A stretch of DNA of 62,180 nt, filler included, from Sphacelaria rigidula (lineage: Eukaryota): the NCBI GenBank assembly GCA_964200075.2. It is 7 parts of 7 records of this genome, joined end to end, with 100 filler letters (N's around TTAATTAATTAA, not from the genome) between each part and the next. Parts side by side here need not be neighbours in the genome. Positions count along the whole stretch, not along the records: positions 44,489 to 53,284 come from CAXNAA020010075.1; positions 53,385 to 62,180 come from CAXNAA020010076.1; 5 more parts are not named here. One strand, written 5' to 3'. The notes beneath the pieces are model-generated. The model saw only the letters and a program-made list of their open reading frames with translations, did no database searches and had not been told where the DNA came from. Positions within the stretch are counted from its first letter, which is position 1; the number at the start of each line of letters is the position of its first letter. The position numbers were made by a program, and so were the translations under genes. Positions 49,461 to 62,180 of the stretch are shown here, piece after piece.

Positions 49461-52400
49461 GGACCAACGCGCGCCGTGCAAATGAACTTCTTGTTGTGCC
49501 ACCAGAATTCCCCCTGCGTCTATCGAAGATCGCCGGAACATAACGAGTAGTCCATCAAGTAGTGTACTCGCTCGTGTGTCTGCCGTCTTCCTGAAAGTTT
49601 TGATGTGTCTCTCCGTGAGTACCTGGGGGCGATGTTCGACCCTCCCTTGATGAGTGATGCTACGGTGGGGGTGCACAAATGTTTTCTGAGGTTAGAATTG
49701 TTAGGAGCCCTTGATCTCATCCAAAACACGACTTATGAAGATATGTGAGAGTACGCCAGGGTCACTATTCCAATGTGCTGGGAATATCCCGGCTGAATTT
49801 GCAAACGGGGACGTCCTGACCCATATTCTTGTGCATCTAGGATCGTTAGGAGCCCCTGAACTAAACAAGATTTCGCACAAAGAGTGCATCCCTGCCGTAG
49901 CATTGCTCTGGTCTCCATTTGACGTCTATCTCTTTTTGACTAGTCTTTATTTTCCTTTTTTTTCAGAGTCTTAGACGAAGCCGCTCAATGGGCGCTTCTA
50001 TCTCATGCAAGGGAGGGTGGTGACGGCACTGGAAAGCGAGAGCCCACGTCTGTAACCATGGGTTCGAGAGACAAGACCAATGTGCGATGATGATAATGAT
50101 CTCAGAGAAACACCGAAGTATGATTTCGGGGTTGCTTGAGGAAACGTTCACCCGGCCTCAAGTCAAACTGGGCACACTAAAGTTCGAAAGAGTGCGCTGG
50201 AGCCCTCGAAGAGAGTGCAGCGACAAGTCTTTCTGAGGTGGCACAACCCGCCGAACCCCTTATTTTGGCGAAAATTCGCACTGAATTAGCTATAGCTTAT
50301 TTATGTTCTTACTCCACCTTCCTTGTGCAGTGGAATAGGGGCAAATTACCACCATCACCGGGCGGCATAATTCTTTCTCAACTGCTGGCCCATACTTCAC
50401 GGTAACGCGCGAGCTGGAAACACAAAAAACAATTTCACCTGAGAACCGCAAACTATTTTATTAAAATTATCGCGTACGCATCGGACACGGTTAAGGGCCC
50501 ATGCGTAGAATACGTGACTCATGGCACAGAGGAAGTATATAGTTACCGGTCGATCACGCCCTTACCCTTCCGACTGCCCTTCCATTCCACAAAGAGGTCA
50601 CGAGAAAAATATATACCGTAGTTTTGAACGACATTCACGTGCAGCCAGCACCATCCTGCCGTTCATTCATGCGGGGTCCTTCCTTGGCATGGGACCGATA
50701 GACGGACAACTCGTCCGACGCTGCTTGTTTTTGTAGTAGTTATGAAACAATCGCTCAAAAAAGTCTAATAAGCAGAAAACTCCTGTGCTGACCTTCCTCC
50801 TGTGCAACCCTGGCACATGCGCTCACATGTTGCGAAAGGTAGACTGGCGTCCAAAATACATGGGATGCCACGGCAATCACAACACATGTCGGGGGGGGGG
50901 GGAGGGCGTACTCATTTGTTACTTGCCTTAGTCCTTTGACCATTGACCACGCATCCCTTTCGAGACGGAGCACCGGACACATTTCGGGGGGAGGGGGCAT
51001 ACAAAACGGAAAAGTTAACCGCCATCGCCATCGCTGGAACTTGATACTATTCGTAGATAATCCCAACTCTTAGTCAAGGCCTCCTGATCGTATTTCACCA
51101 CCCTTTCCAACGTTCCAGCCCTCTGCCTCGCCGATACCCCGGTACGCTCCACACTGACCTCCCGAAAACCCCCAAATTTCAAATTTCGATCCCAACTTTC
51201 TCAGTACTATAATAGTACACACAAACAAATGAATACACCGACTGTAGAAATGATCAAGCAGGAAATACATAAATGGGCTATTCGATGCGTGGCTTCGTTG
51301 CAACATGTATTCTAGATTACAGTCACACGGTTTATTGCCAAGAGGAACTACCTGCTTCATGTCTGCTGTGATCTGCTGTTGTATCTGCGCAGACAGCCGG
51401 ACAGCTGTGTTGTGTTCGGATAATCGCTCAGGATTTCAATCCTTGCTGTTGCGGAGGTCGTCAGCGGCAGTAGATCGCTATCGAACAGAACAAGAGGCAC
51501 TCAGGCGCTCAATGCCAGGTTTGCACATATATCAAGTACGCTGTGCTTAGATACACTCACCAAACCACGAGCTGCAGACACTACCTGTCGCACAGACGGT
51601 GCCGTAGCGTGCAGCTTGTGCAGCACAGCAGGCAGGTAGGTTACTACTTCGAAGTACTGGATTTTTTCTGCTCTTCACTTCGAAAGCAAGTCAAATTCTC
51701 CCGGGTTTGTCTGCAAACAGCGACCGCACTTGACGCCAACAGTACAACCCACTGCTGCCGACACACATACACCATCCAAGAAGACTACACGAAGGGTATT
51801 CGGGGGTTGTGCATACAGTAGCTTACTCTATCGTTAAGTGTGGTGCCGATATGTTGCCTGCAGTGGATGCGCTAGTGATGCATCTCTTCAAACAGACAAG
51901 AAATCGCTATCCAAACCGCCCTGCGGCTCACACGGCTGCGCCATCAATTCAACAGCACCGCGGCACCTTCCTGCCATACTTCTCTCTTCTGTGAGCTCTG
52001 ACTGGCTATGCACATCAATGCACATCAATAAATTTTTGGATTGGCAGGCGTTTTGTAGGTCATGACTTGAAAAAGTATACGGGTCCCATACTTTAATCAA
52101 GTCGCGCACATCAATGAACAGGTTACCCCGTGAGCGTGGAGCCGTTGGGCGGCATGAATCGAAGAGGAACGAAGTGGAGGTGTCCCGTGTCGAGGCGCCT
52201 TTACCCTTTTGACGCAGTTATTATACTACGAACAGAGTACTGGTGTCTATTAGAACATGATCATACGTTGTGATGCAAATGGGAGAAAATAAGCTATATT
52301 CAGCGTTTCACGTGCGGAAAATGGTGCTCATATCAAGGTGACAATATCCAAGCGAGGTGGCTCGGCTGGAGCAAGCGCCGAGGCGCCTATCGTTGAGTGT

Positions 52401-52542
52401 GGTCATCAAGGGAAGCATGTCACAAAAGCACCCATATAGTTCAGGCCCACTTTGGACGGTATAGAGGCATGGTCATCCAGCAAGATATATTGGCAGCACA
52501 CAATCTACAGCTGTACTACAGAATGGGAGTAGCACGCGTTGA

Positions 52543-52917
52543 CCCACAAGGCGCCGGCGCCCCACCCGACCGTGTACCCGGGAGTAGGCAGCACGTCACA
52601 GTGCAGAACTACATTAGTAGCCTCATATGCGACTTGTACCGCCAGGCTGTACGTCGCGTACGCAAGGTGCATGCCTCAGTGCACACGAGGTGCGTTGAAC
52701 AAAACGCCGATTTCAAACTGCAGAACGGCAATAGCACGGCTCGGTCCCACAAGGCGCCGGCGCCCCACCCGGTCGTGCACCCAGCAGCAAACAGGCAGGA
52801 CGCCACCGTGCAGTACTGTAGGAGTAGCCTCATCCAGGACTTATACCACCATGCTGTATGTCGCATACACAAGGAGTATACACCGACGTGCAACGGGTAC
52901 GTTGAGCAGAACGCCGG
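52543..52917 (+). repeat. Tandem duplication, period 204 bp
   Basis: CCCACAAGGCGCCGGCGCCCCACCCG at 52543 and 52747, collinear to CGTTGA.CA.AACGCCG. Confidence 0.85.
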
Positions 52918-54535
52918 TGGCAACAAGAGATAGGATTACCATGCGTGTTTATCCCAAGGCCTTACCAACGAAACCCCGCGAGTCGTTCCCCCAAGCAACT
53001 TGATTTTAGTACAGTAGTCGATAAAACGAAAACCCTCATTTTTTCTGTGGCGATTATTATTGTCGTGGTCGCACTGAGGTACATGCGAGGGGCGGGGAGC
53101 TGTGGTTCTTGTGCTGTTTTGATTAAGCCTATTGTATGTCCCGATACCTCCCTAGTGTTTCACCCTGTCTGCTGCTGACACTTTCTGCGATATCCCCCCC
53201 CCCCCCCCCCCCCCCCCCCCGCACCCCACAAACCCAAAAAAAGAGACAACCCAAAACGCGCCCCCGTTCTTTTGGTTCGGTGCGNNNNNNNNNNNNNNNN
53301 NNNNNNNNNNNNNNNNNNNNNNNNNNNNTTAATTAATTAANNNNNNNNNNNNNNNNNNNNNNNNNNNNNNNNNNNNNNNNNNNNTTCCGTGCGAGAGAGA
53401 TATGCCACTTCAACCCCATATTTTGTATGAACCCCAAAATATAAAATCGGCTGTTAGTAGGTGAAAAAGTGGAACCATATTTCAAAGATTTGAATCGGAT
53501 ACGAAGATTTTTAATTTCCCGGGTTTCTAATTCGCAATAAAAGACCACCCCCATTTTGTAAGATCCCGTGTTGTACACGCGTGTCGATAACGATACCACC
53601 AGTAATGAAGTAATGAAGGCCCCTAAAATGGGGTATTTTGGGCAGATGGGAATACTTATACCCCTTTACACTCACCCTACATCAACCGTGCAAGCGCCAG
53701 AGCTACGCGATACCGTGAAGAGTCAGTTGTACAAATAGTAGTACAGGGAGTACGGTATGCAGCGCTTTCAAGCAGCAGACCTCGGCCGCATTGCGATGAT
53801 TTTCCCACATGCCACCGACAACGGTGGTGCAAGACGTCATGATCTCTCACGGGATGGAAATACAGCCAGGTGTGGTACTGCTTGCGCGCTGTACACCACG
53901 AATCGTCCCCACCGTCTTCTTCCAGCTGAAGCTGGCAAGAATGAGGAACTGCACCCAACGCAACGTGTACCTGTCGAGCATTTGAATTTTCACGCAACAC
54001 AACCAAGCGGATTGCTGATACCATGGCGGCGTCAGGGAGGTCTTCTAATTGCGATGCCAGGCTTTTCTACTTCGTGGATGGTCCATCGTGATAAGTGTGG
54101 CAGTTTTGATGGATGATGAATGTCCTACTTTGCTTGTTGGAGTGTATTGACTTTGGACTGGACGTGATCTTGGTGGTGAAGCTGGGCGTGGTTCTTTTTC
54201 ATTCCGCTCTGAGCTCTGAGGAGGAACAACGGTTTTCAGAGTGAAGTGGTACAAACAGGACTCTGACTCTGAAAAAAATCGCCTTGAAAAAAACCTCCAG
54301 AGCGGAAAGTGCACCGTTACCGGCTATTTTCTTTCCCCTCTGGCTCTAAGATTTGAAAAAACGTTTTCCGAAACTCTCTAAAAACTGCTTCATATTTTTT
54401 GGGGGGAAATTCCCTTCCCTTGGAACAATTGTTTCACAGCAAGGACGAATCATCACGGGTTTCAATCACCAAATCCACGATTTCTTCGGCCCGATTGCCC
54501 AAAAGGGGCGCAAAAGTTGACCGCTGATCCAAGGG

Positions 54536-54842
54536 CACACGCGGCCATTTGGCTACCTCCAAAATTCCACCAGGTGGGTAAATTTTTCGAGCCTCCAAAG
54601 TACGCCTCCGGAGGAAATTGTCTGGTTTCCTCCAGAGGGATTCAACGCCCCCGGAGGCTTTTGTTTGCCTCTAGAGGGCCGCGCATACCCCCAAATTCCG
54701 CTGGAGAGGTGCGCGGCCCTCCGGGTCGGTAGAGTTTGGTTTCCTCCAGAGGGATTGAAGGCCTCCGGAGGCTTGTCTTCCCCCTGGAGTGGCGCGCATC
54801 CCTCCGGAGGCATTTTGGAGGGTGGCCAAATGGCCGCGTGTG
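54536..54842. mobile_element. 307-bp CACTA/CMC-like MITE with 3-bp TSD GGG, nested in another repeat
   Basis: TIR CACACGCGGCCATTTGGC.ACC.TCCAAAAT at both ends. GGG at 54533-54535 and 54843-54845. Repeated CCTCC(A/G)GAGG palindromes inside. Paralogous host copies near 11280 and 42700 lack the insertion. Confidence 0.8.
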
Positions 54843-55344
54843 GGGTACCCACGCAACCTTTTCGCCATTCCACGTGTGTGTCTGGGCTGCGTGTACCTGC
54901 GTTGCAACGCTGAAAACAAAGCCTCGGGATTGATTCGTACGATTCGAATCAATTACACTAAAACCAAGTGATTTCCAGACGACTCATTGATTTGTCCGAC
55001 CCCTGAACTTTTTCGCACCATTCCTGAAAATTAGTCATTCATTTGGTCCTCATTTTTGTGTTCGAACCCGTTCTTGAGAATCACTGGTAGTTTTGACTGC
55101 GCGTGTTTTTCCAGCTCTCCTGCTACTGTCCTGCGCTGTAGCAAGCTAACGAAGGGGAATGAAGCCCAGACTCAGGCCCAGGAAACAAATAACCAAAAGG
55201 CACAATCTTGTTGGGTTCTCTGCGGTACATGAGGATTGTGAGCGTGTGAGGGCAGCATGTGTATTCACAATAAAACCCATGCCCCCAGCCCCACACACTC
55301 ACTGCCCTGACAGGAATCATGGAAAACAACGAAAGGTAGCTGTT

Positions 55345-55730
55345 TTCAGTTTAATTATTATACAGCGACCCGTACCTCTGAACTCGGCGCCGATCACAGC
55401 GCCCATTGCATGCGCCCACAAACGACGTACTTGGGATACTCTGTACACGCCGCCGCTGTCTACCTTCCTCTTTATTTTCCAGACTTGACTTGCCAGGTGA
55501 GTTTAGTTCCGTGTCTGATCAGGGCCATATCACACCATCTGCGAAAAGAATTAAGTGTCGCGGACACATGTGCATGAGCTCACCTAGCTGGCGTTGCACG
55601 CGGGAGCATCGTGTAGATAATGTGAACGCAGTACAGTTGAGTTGAACACATCCGGACAGAACTTGTCCGTTACCGTAGAATCTCGTCCGAGAGCTGACTT
55701 CTGGTGACCTCGTGGTGTGTTGCATTTCTC
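55345..55730 (+). repeat. ~390-bp direct repeat, second copy at 57217-57637
   Basis: GTTTAATTATTATACAGCGACC.GTACCTCTGAACTCGG ... CTCACCTAGCTGGCGTTGCACG ... GACCTCGTGGTGTGTTGCATTTC in both. Confidence 0.85.
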
Positions 55731-58676
55731 TGCACCCTACTGCCCAGCCTCCCATTGCTAGGCAAAATGATTCCGAAACTCTTCGGGACGACGCGCCGAT
55801 CCGGGAGCCAGAAAATCGTACAAATAGATCGATATCGATATACGGTAGTAGGGAGCAAGGGTCCGATAGAACACACGAACAAGGGGACGGCGTCCATGAG
55901 TCATTGGCATGGTTCCGTGCGGAGTTCAACAACAGGGCCTTGGTGCGTTGGAGTTTGATGGGCATCCCGTCAAACCAGTGTTGCGCTAGCCCACACGCTT
56001 TTGTATATGATGACGAAAGTCGTGGATTGTCGGGCTGGACGCTGCACAACCCACATTTTTTCCGGGCAAAAAAATGGCTCGCGGTGAGAATGGCCAGCTG
56101 TGCATACGATTAGAATATGTCGACGTGTCAGAGGCAGAGTATAACCGGAGCTTTGAAGAAAAGTGAGATGGTGTGGGACGAGCAGGTGGGTGTTGCCCCT
56201 GGGGCTATGTGTTTTGGTGTCCACTGGGTGGCGCGTGATACAAATATAGCAACGGACCCCACGTCGGGAAATCACGGCACCAGCCCTTCCCAAGCGGTCG
56301 GGAATAGGGAATGACCGCATCAACATGGCAGAAACCTTTTTTTCCCTGTGTCTCTACCAGTATACGAAATTAAACGATCACTTCCATCACCCAGCGTTCG
56401 CCTCGACGTGAGCAGCTCAAAACCGAGAGTTTTGATGTGTGAGTTGATCTTGTGGTCATGGGGGAGTAAATTTGCCGGCTGGATAATGACTGTTGAGTCT
56501 CGATGATCGCTTACGAATAAACAAGGATCCACCCGCCACATCTTTCACAATGACCGATGTAGAGCCAGTTTTTTTATTCGAGAGCACATGTCTTTTGAAT
56601 TCGAGAGCGTTACGGGTTATTGCGAAAGTACAGCCTCTCCTTATACTGTAGGGAGTAGTGTTGTACTTTGTAAACACTACTTTATTCCCTGCTGGGTACC
56701 TTGCTGCTGCTGTACTGTTGCACTGGCCACCGTTCCAGCCGTCAATCTGCATCTTAACCAGCTGCACGGTGTATCAGCTACCATTTTTTGGGGGGGGCTC
56801 GTCCCTGTAGTCTGTGTCAGTCTGTGTGTCATGTCCAGTGCATCTGCATGTACCATATACGAAGTGTCCTCGAATCCTACAGTCAGAACGGTGAAGATCC
56901 ACCGACAGAGCCGACCATACCGCCGTAAAATTCGAGGCTGCCTCCCGACCCGCCAACAAATGATGGTATACCTCGTCCTATGTTCGAAAGGTACAGCCTG
57001 TACTTGTACGCCAGTATTTTCAAAGTACTACACTACTACCATCGCCATCATCCATCGATCAAGCGGGTACCCCCCCCCTCCCCCCGCCTTCTGCCCCAGA
57101 ATGAGGTTCTGGCGACATGGGGGGCCCTCGTGCCGTGACTTCCGGATGTGGAGCCCCTTGAATGTAGTAAAATCCGGCCAAGAATCGTAGAAAACAATGC
57201 ATAAGTGCTGGTTTGGTTTAATTATTATATACAGCGACCTGTACCTCTGAACTCGGTGCCGATTACAGCGCCCATTGCGTGCGCTCACAAGTAACTCATC
57301 AGGGGACATTCTCTGCATGTCGCTGCTGTTCCCCGCGCTCTCTCCTGATTCTAGACTTGGCTTGCTAAATAAGCTCAGTTCCCTGTTCGATCAAGACCAT
57401 ATCACCAACTGCGAAAACAAAGTAGGGGTCGCGGACACATGTGCATGTCCTCACCTAGCTGGCGTTGCACGTACGGGCATCGTGTGGATAATGTGGCCAC
57501 AGTTGAGTTAAACACATGCAGGCAGAACTATCTCTCCTGCTTTGTGGCATATTCGGTGCGGCCAATGTTCTCCATCGCCATGGAATCTCGTCAAAGAGCT
57601 GAGATCTGGTCAGAGACCTCGTGGTGTGTTGCATTTCGCTATCCCAGATACCAGCACCGGGTACCTGCCTTACCCTCTATACCGACTTCAAAATTGTCAC
57701 CCGGCAGTGCGGAGAAGCGATTCAGGGCATGTCTTAGGGCGTGTCTCAGCACTTTTTTATTCGATCGAAAAAATGGAGCGGGGGAAATGATTCGAGCGAA
57801 AATCGCTCATTTTTGTTGAGTTGGGTCCAGGCAAATTTCAAGCTTTCGATAAAAAAAGACAGTAAATGCCGTGAAACGGTACATTATGGTCACTCGTGTA
57901 CCGTACAGACCGTCTGTACTGTCTGCACTGCTTGCAAGTAGTGTACGTTGAGTGCGTGTGTGCGTGTTTCGTACAGGGAGATTTTAAAGAGGAGCGGGCA
58001 ATGTGCAGTCCAGACAGCCCAGGACTATCAGTTCCACAATGCGACGTGTGAAGGACTTCAACAACGTGTAGCCTTGTACTGCCTGCACTGTTCACGAGGG
58101 TGTACGCAACTCGGTTGCTCACCGTATCAAGCAGTTCCGTCGCTGATCCTACCATGAAAGAAGATGCGCAAGTTTTCGCCAACAAAAAATAGACAAAGCA
58201 TACCCAACTACTTCAGTGTATCTATCCCCGTGCTCAACTCGTACTCGATGCTGCAGGGTTGTGGTGGTAGCTGAGAATGAGTTGGATAGAGTTCCGATGG
58301 TTTTACGAACGGGTGTTATCTGACGTGGTCGTCTGTAAGATAGGATTCAACTGCCGCTTCGTGCCTTTCGACCGCATGTTTTCTATTGAAGAAGCGTAGC
58401 TTCATTCTTTTGTAGTTTTCCTCGGCGCGCCACTAATTACAATTTGAGTTGAAGCCTTCAAAGAACGGAACTACGGTGGGTCTATCAGATCGAGAAAAGT
58501 GCCGGCCGTACTTCTGACTCCAAAATAACAAGTTCATTCGAATTGATTCAAACACGAAAATCAGGGGGGATCCGGGTATGTTTTATTTGTGAAAACAAGA
58601 CGTACCCGCTCCGGCAACTTCTGGTCCTTGCGTAAGTTGAGACCAGCTGCTGCACCATGGAGAGTGCATCGCGTCC

Positions 58677-59320
58677 GGTATTCACCGGGTATACCCCCGG
58701 TGTTCACCGGGGTATCCCATACCATGGTATGGGTGGGTATCGTCGGTATGATTTCGAAAGTACCCAATCGAGCGGGTACGGTAGGTATTGAAATCTCGAA
58801 ATACCGTGTTATCGTGGGTATCGTAGGTATGAGTTTTGAAATTCCCTGATTGAGTGGGTACGGTAGGTATTGAAATCTCGAGATACCGTGGTATCGTAGG
58901 TGTTGTAAGTATGGATTTTGAAAAACCCAGGGTGTACACGTTACACGTTCACGTTCAAAAACTTTGACGGTACGTTCACGTAACGTCCATCACGTGAAAA
59001 TTATTTATCCTTCACGTTACGTTTCGGCCAAAACGTAACGTGTAAAGCTGTGGTACGTGTAACGTGTATATCCCTGGAAAATACCTGATTGAACGGGCAC
59101 GGTAGGTATTGATACCTCAAAATACTGTGATATCGTAGATATCGTAGGGGTGACATTTAAAAATACCCCAATGAGGGGGTATGGCAGGTATCAACATCTC
59201 GAAATACCGTGGTATCGTGGGTACCGTAGGTATGACATTTGAAAGTGTCCCATTGGACCGGTATCGGTAGGGTATGAGGTGTCCCAAATACCGGTACCGG
59301 GTACCTACCTCACCTACGGT
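58677..59320. mobile_element. Non-autonomous element built of ~70-bp units rich in GGTA(T/C)/TACC motifs
   Basis: Repeated GGTACGGTAGGTATTGAAATCTCGA.ATACCGTG.TATCGT.GGT units. Confidence 0.6.
58928..59076. mobile_element. 149-bp hAT-like MITE nested in the GGTA-rich element
   Basis: CAGGG...TACACGTTACACGT / ACGTGTAACGTGTA...CCCTG TIRs. Imperfect ~8-bp TSD GAAAAACC/GAAAATAC. Many internal ACGT motifs. Confidence 0.7.
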
Positions 59321-59924
59321 GCCTGTGGAAACTCTGAAGAAAAATGAGGTGGTGTGGGATGAGCAAGCGGAGTTTGTCCCTGGGGGTGTGTGTTTTGGTG
59401 TGTACCATCCCTCCAGCCCGGATCAACGCTACCGTGTTGCGAGAGATTTCTGTTTCCGTATTAAATCGTCGTCTTCGTTTTCCAGGCAACTCAGACAAGC
59501 TTTGGATCATTGGTGTTCGTTGCAAAGTTTGGTGAGACAGGGGGGGAAGGAGGAGGGGGGGTCTGGGCGAGGTGGCAAGTCTTTCTGCTGCCAGTTGCCA
59601 TAATCGTAGAACTGACAGTTGGCACGAACTAATCGTACAACTCGTACACGAACGGACACTCGTAACCATCCCATTTCATGACACCTACAGCATGACAACT
59701 TTGCACATTTCCCCACCCTCGATTCTTGTGGCGGGAATTTTTCCAAGATTCTTCCCACTCATGATTCGTGCGGTACGTTTCAAATATTTTACCCGTCCTT
59801 GATTCATACATTATAACTCGTTCTAAGATATCATCCTCAGAGGGTGAGGGTTAGGTACAAGACTCGTGTGAAGAATCAGGGTTCAAATCACAGCCTCACC
59901 CTAGATGCGTACCCTCACCCTTGA

Positions 59925-61731
59925 CGGCCGGCGTATTTCTACCCCCACGGGCAGATTCATAGAACCTACCCCCACAGTAGAACCAGTTCCGCAGCACGTT
60001 TAGCAGACCCGGCGGTCCAACCAACACATTTTTAAATGCACCTCCGGACAAGAGAGCTCACACACAGTTCTCGTACGGCACACGGTGCGACAGGCACATG
60101 GACAGCACCATAGCCCCCACACACATGTAGAGACGGCCCACCATTATCTAGTGGCGAAAGCAGCAGCAGCCGTTCACAACATCACATACGCTTAGCAGGC
60201 AGCCGACCCAGCTACTTTTGTACATACAGTTCAGTATTTCATGTTCGGTAGATATATTCTCTACAGACAGTGGTACCCGAATAATTTGTCATGACCTTCG
60301 GTGGTACCGTACCGCGGGCTCAATACAGACAGGATAGTCACGCACGGTTCGGTGGTACCGTAAATATTGAATACTGGTTCACTTAAGCGTGTGTGAGCCC
60401 TACGCACTACTAACTGTACCGTCTACATGGACGTTGCGCTGGTGCCGTGGTACGGGCGTTCAAGACTGCTGCCGTTCGTTGCTGTCGTGTTTCTGGCGAC
60501 CTCGCAAGTCCCACACACTCCGATTGATGTGTGTGGGGGGTTGACATCAAGACACATATGTTCGTGTAGAATTAACTTGTGTCTCCTCAAGAGAAGAGGC
60601 GTTCCCATATCCTCACTCGCCACGCCAAAAGGTTTCATGTCTTTATATGGCTCAACCGGCCATCAGGTGACCACCCCTTCCCGCCGCCACCCGCAAAATT
60701 AAAGGATGAAAAACAGGAACAGGGACAACGACAAACACACTCTGACCTTGTACAAGTCGTAGGTACAAAGCAAGGAGCCGCCCGATATTTATTAGGATCA
60801 AATTGTTCTTTGTTTATGACGAGCATGAGCGATTAGCTCTCCACAGCGCGGTGCAGCATCGGCTGTTGTGTTGTTGAGCCGTTTGTGCGCGCGCGACTTT
60901 CCACATCAGAGTCAAGGCATTGGTTGTCACATATGTGGATACATTGACCTACAGGACTCAGAACGACACAGCGGCCAATACGAGTGAGAGGATGGGTTGA
61001 AACATTAGTGCTGACATTGATGGAAATCCACTCGATTTTCGTTTTGCAGTCTCATTCTGGTATAGTATAATAATAAATGTTGTTTTCTTTCTTGGGATAA
61101 AGATAAGAGTACATTATACTTTCGGTACGAACAGATGTCTTGATGTCTACCACCCCTTTACATCAATCGAAGTGCATGTGGGGACCGGCGAGGTCGCCGG
61201 AAACACGACAAGGAGGAACAGCAGTAGTCTTGAACGCCCGTACCACGGCACCAGCGCAGCATCTACGTAGACGGTACAGATAGTAGTGCTCAGGGTTCCA
61301 GTGCAACACACGCTACGGTGAATACACTATTCAATATTTACAACAGTACTACCGCACCGTTACTATTCTCCCATGTGTATTGAACCGTATGCTGTGGTAC
61401 GGTACTGCTGTATTGTCTGTAGATATTGAACATGTACAAAAGTACCTGGGTCTGCTGCCTGCCAAGCATATATGACAATGTGAACGGCTGCTGTTGCTTT
61501 CGCCACTAGATGATGGTTCGTCTCCACACATGTGTGAAGGCTATGGTGCTGCCCGTGTACGTGTCGTACTGTGTGCAGTGCGTGAAGTGTGTGCGGCCTC
61601 TCTTGTACGGGGGTGAATTAAAAAAATGCGTTGGTTGGACCGGCGGGTCTGCTCAGCCGTCCTACGGAACTGGTTCTACTCTGGGGATAGGTTCTGTGAA
61701 TCTGCCCGTGGGGGTAGAAATACGCCGGCCG
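59925..61731. mobile_element. 1807-bp Mutator/Foldback-like non-autonomous element with ~600-640-bp TIRs and perfect 9-bp TSD
   Basis: TSD CACCCTTGA at 59916-59924 and 61732-61740. The terminal 35 nt are identical inverted repeats (CGGCCGGCGTATTTCTACCCCCACGGGCAGATTCA). Inverted similarity continues to ~60566 and ~61127. Confidence 0.9.
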
Positions 61732-62180
61732 CACCCTTGATGCGTACGGGATCACGATGTTGGATGTCCCCTCCGTGTAATCCGTACGACTCATTCCAGC
61801 GGTTTTCCCACTTGAGATTCCTGCGTTATTGTTTTGACGTACAGTTCCACCACCCGGGATATGTATACATATAAGAAGCGTATATCTTCTCCAAGCACGA
61901 TTCGTACGGGGCGAATCGCACGCATCATGATTCGCCATTTGTCGTTAGTGGTCCAGTGGTAGTAGTCCATTTTTGCACCACCCTTGTCAGTCAGATGTGA
62001 TTTCCGGCTTGACGGGAGCGCAACGGCACTGTGTATCGACAATACTCAAAGTAGTCCTGACGCGACATCGGTAAGAAAGCAATGCAGTAGAAGCGGCATC
62101 ACACTAGGGATGTAGAGGGAAATGTACCAATTAAGATACGCTTAAGGCACCTGGCGGGAAAAACTCTATATCTTGGGACC

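Noticed and set aside
55712..56113. 133-aa plus-strand ORF
   Set aside because: It starts inside a repeat and is flanked by repeats. No family is recognisable, so it cannot be supported as a gene.

Overview
This window is not one contiguous locus. It is seven unrelated contigs of about 8.8 kb (8799, 8798, 8797, 8797, 8797, 8796, 8796 bp, i.e. sorted by length), joined by artificial 100-bp linkers (44 N + TTAATTAATTAA + 44 N). The DNA is eukaryotic, intron-rich and packed with transposable elements. Splice signals, RTE-type LINE relics and repeat style suggest a stramenopile, most likely a brown alga (inference). Two host genes are supported, both on the minus strand and both cut by contig ends. 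One is the 5' part (9 exons, 470 codons) of a SulP/SLC26-superfamily transporter resembling yeast Vsb1/YGR125W. The other is the 3' exons of a gene whose first clear exon resembles the last winding of a bactofilin beta-helix. The rest is mostly mobile DNA: ~100-bp piggyBac-like (CCC/TTAA) hairpin MITEs chained into arrays, GAC...GTC MITEs with 4-bp TSDs, a 1.8-kb long-TIR Mutator-like element with a 9-bp TSD, CACTA-, hAT- and mariner-like non-autonomous elements, a tRNA-derived SINE, a short oligo(C)-tailed interspersed element, and LINE and Copia relics. Most entries in the ORF track are spurious. All comparisons were made by eye; no database searches were run.
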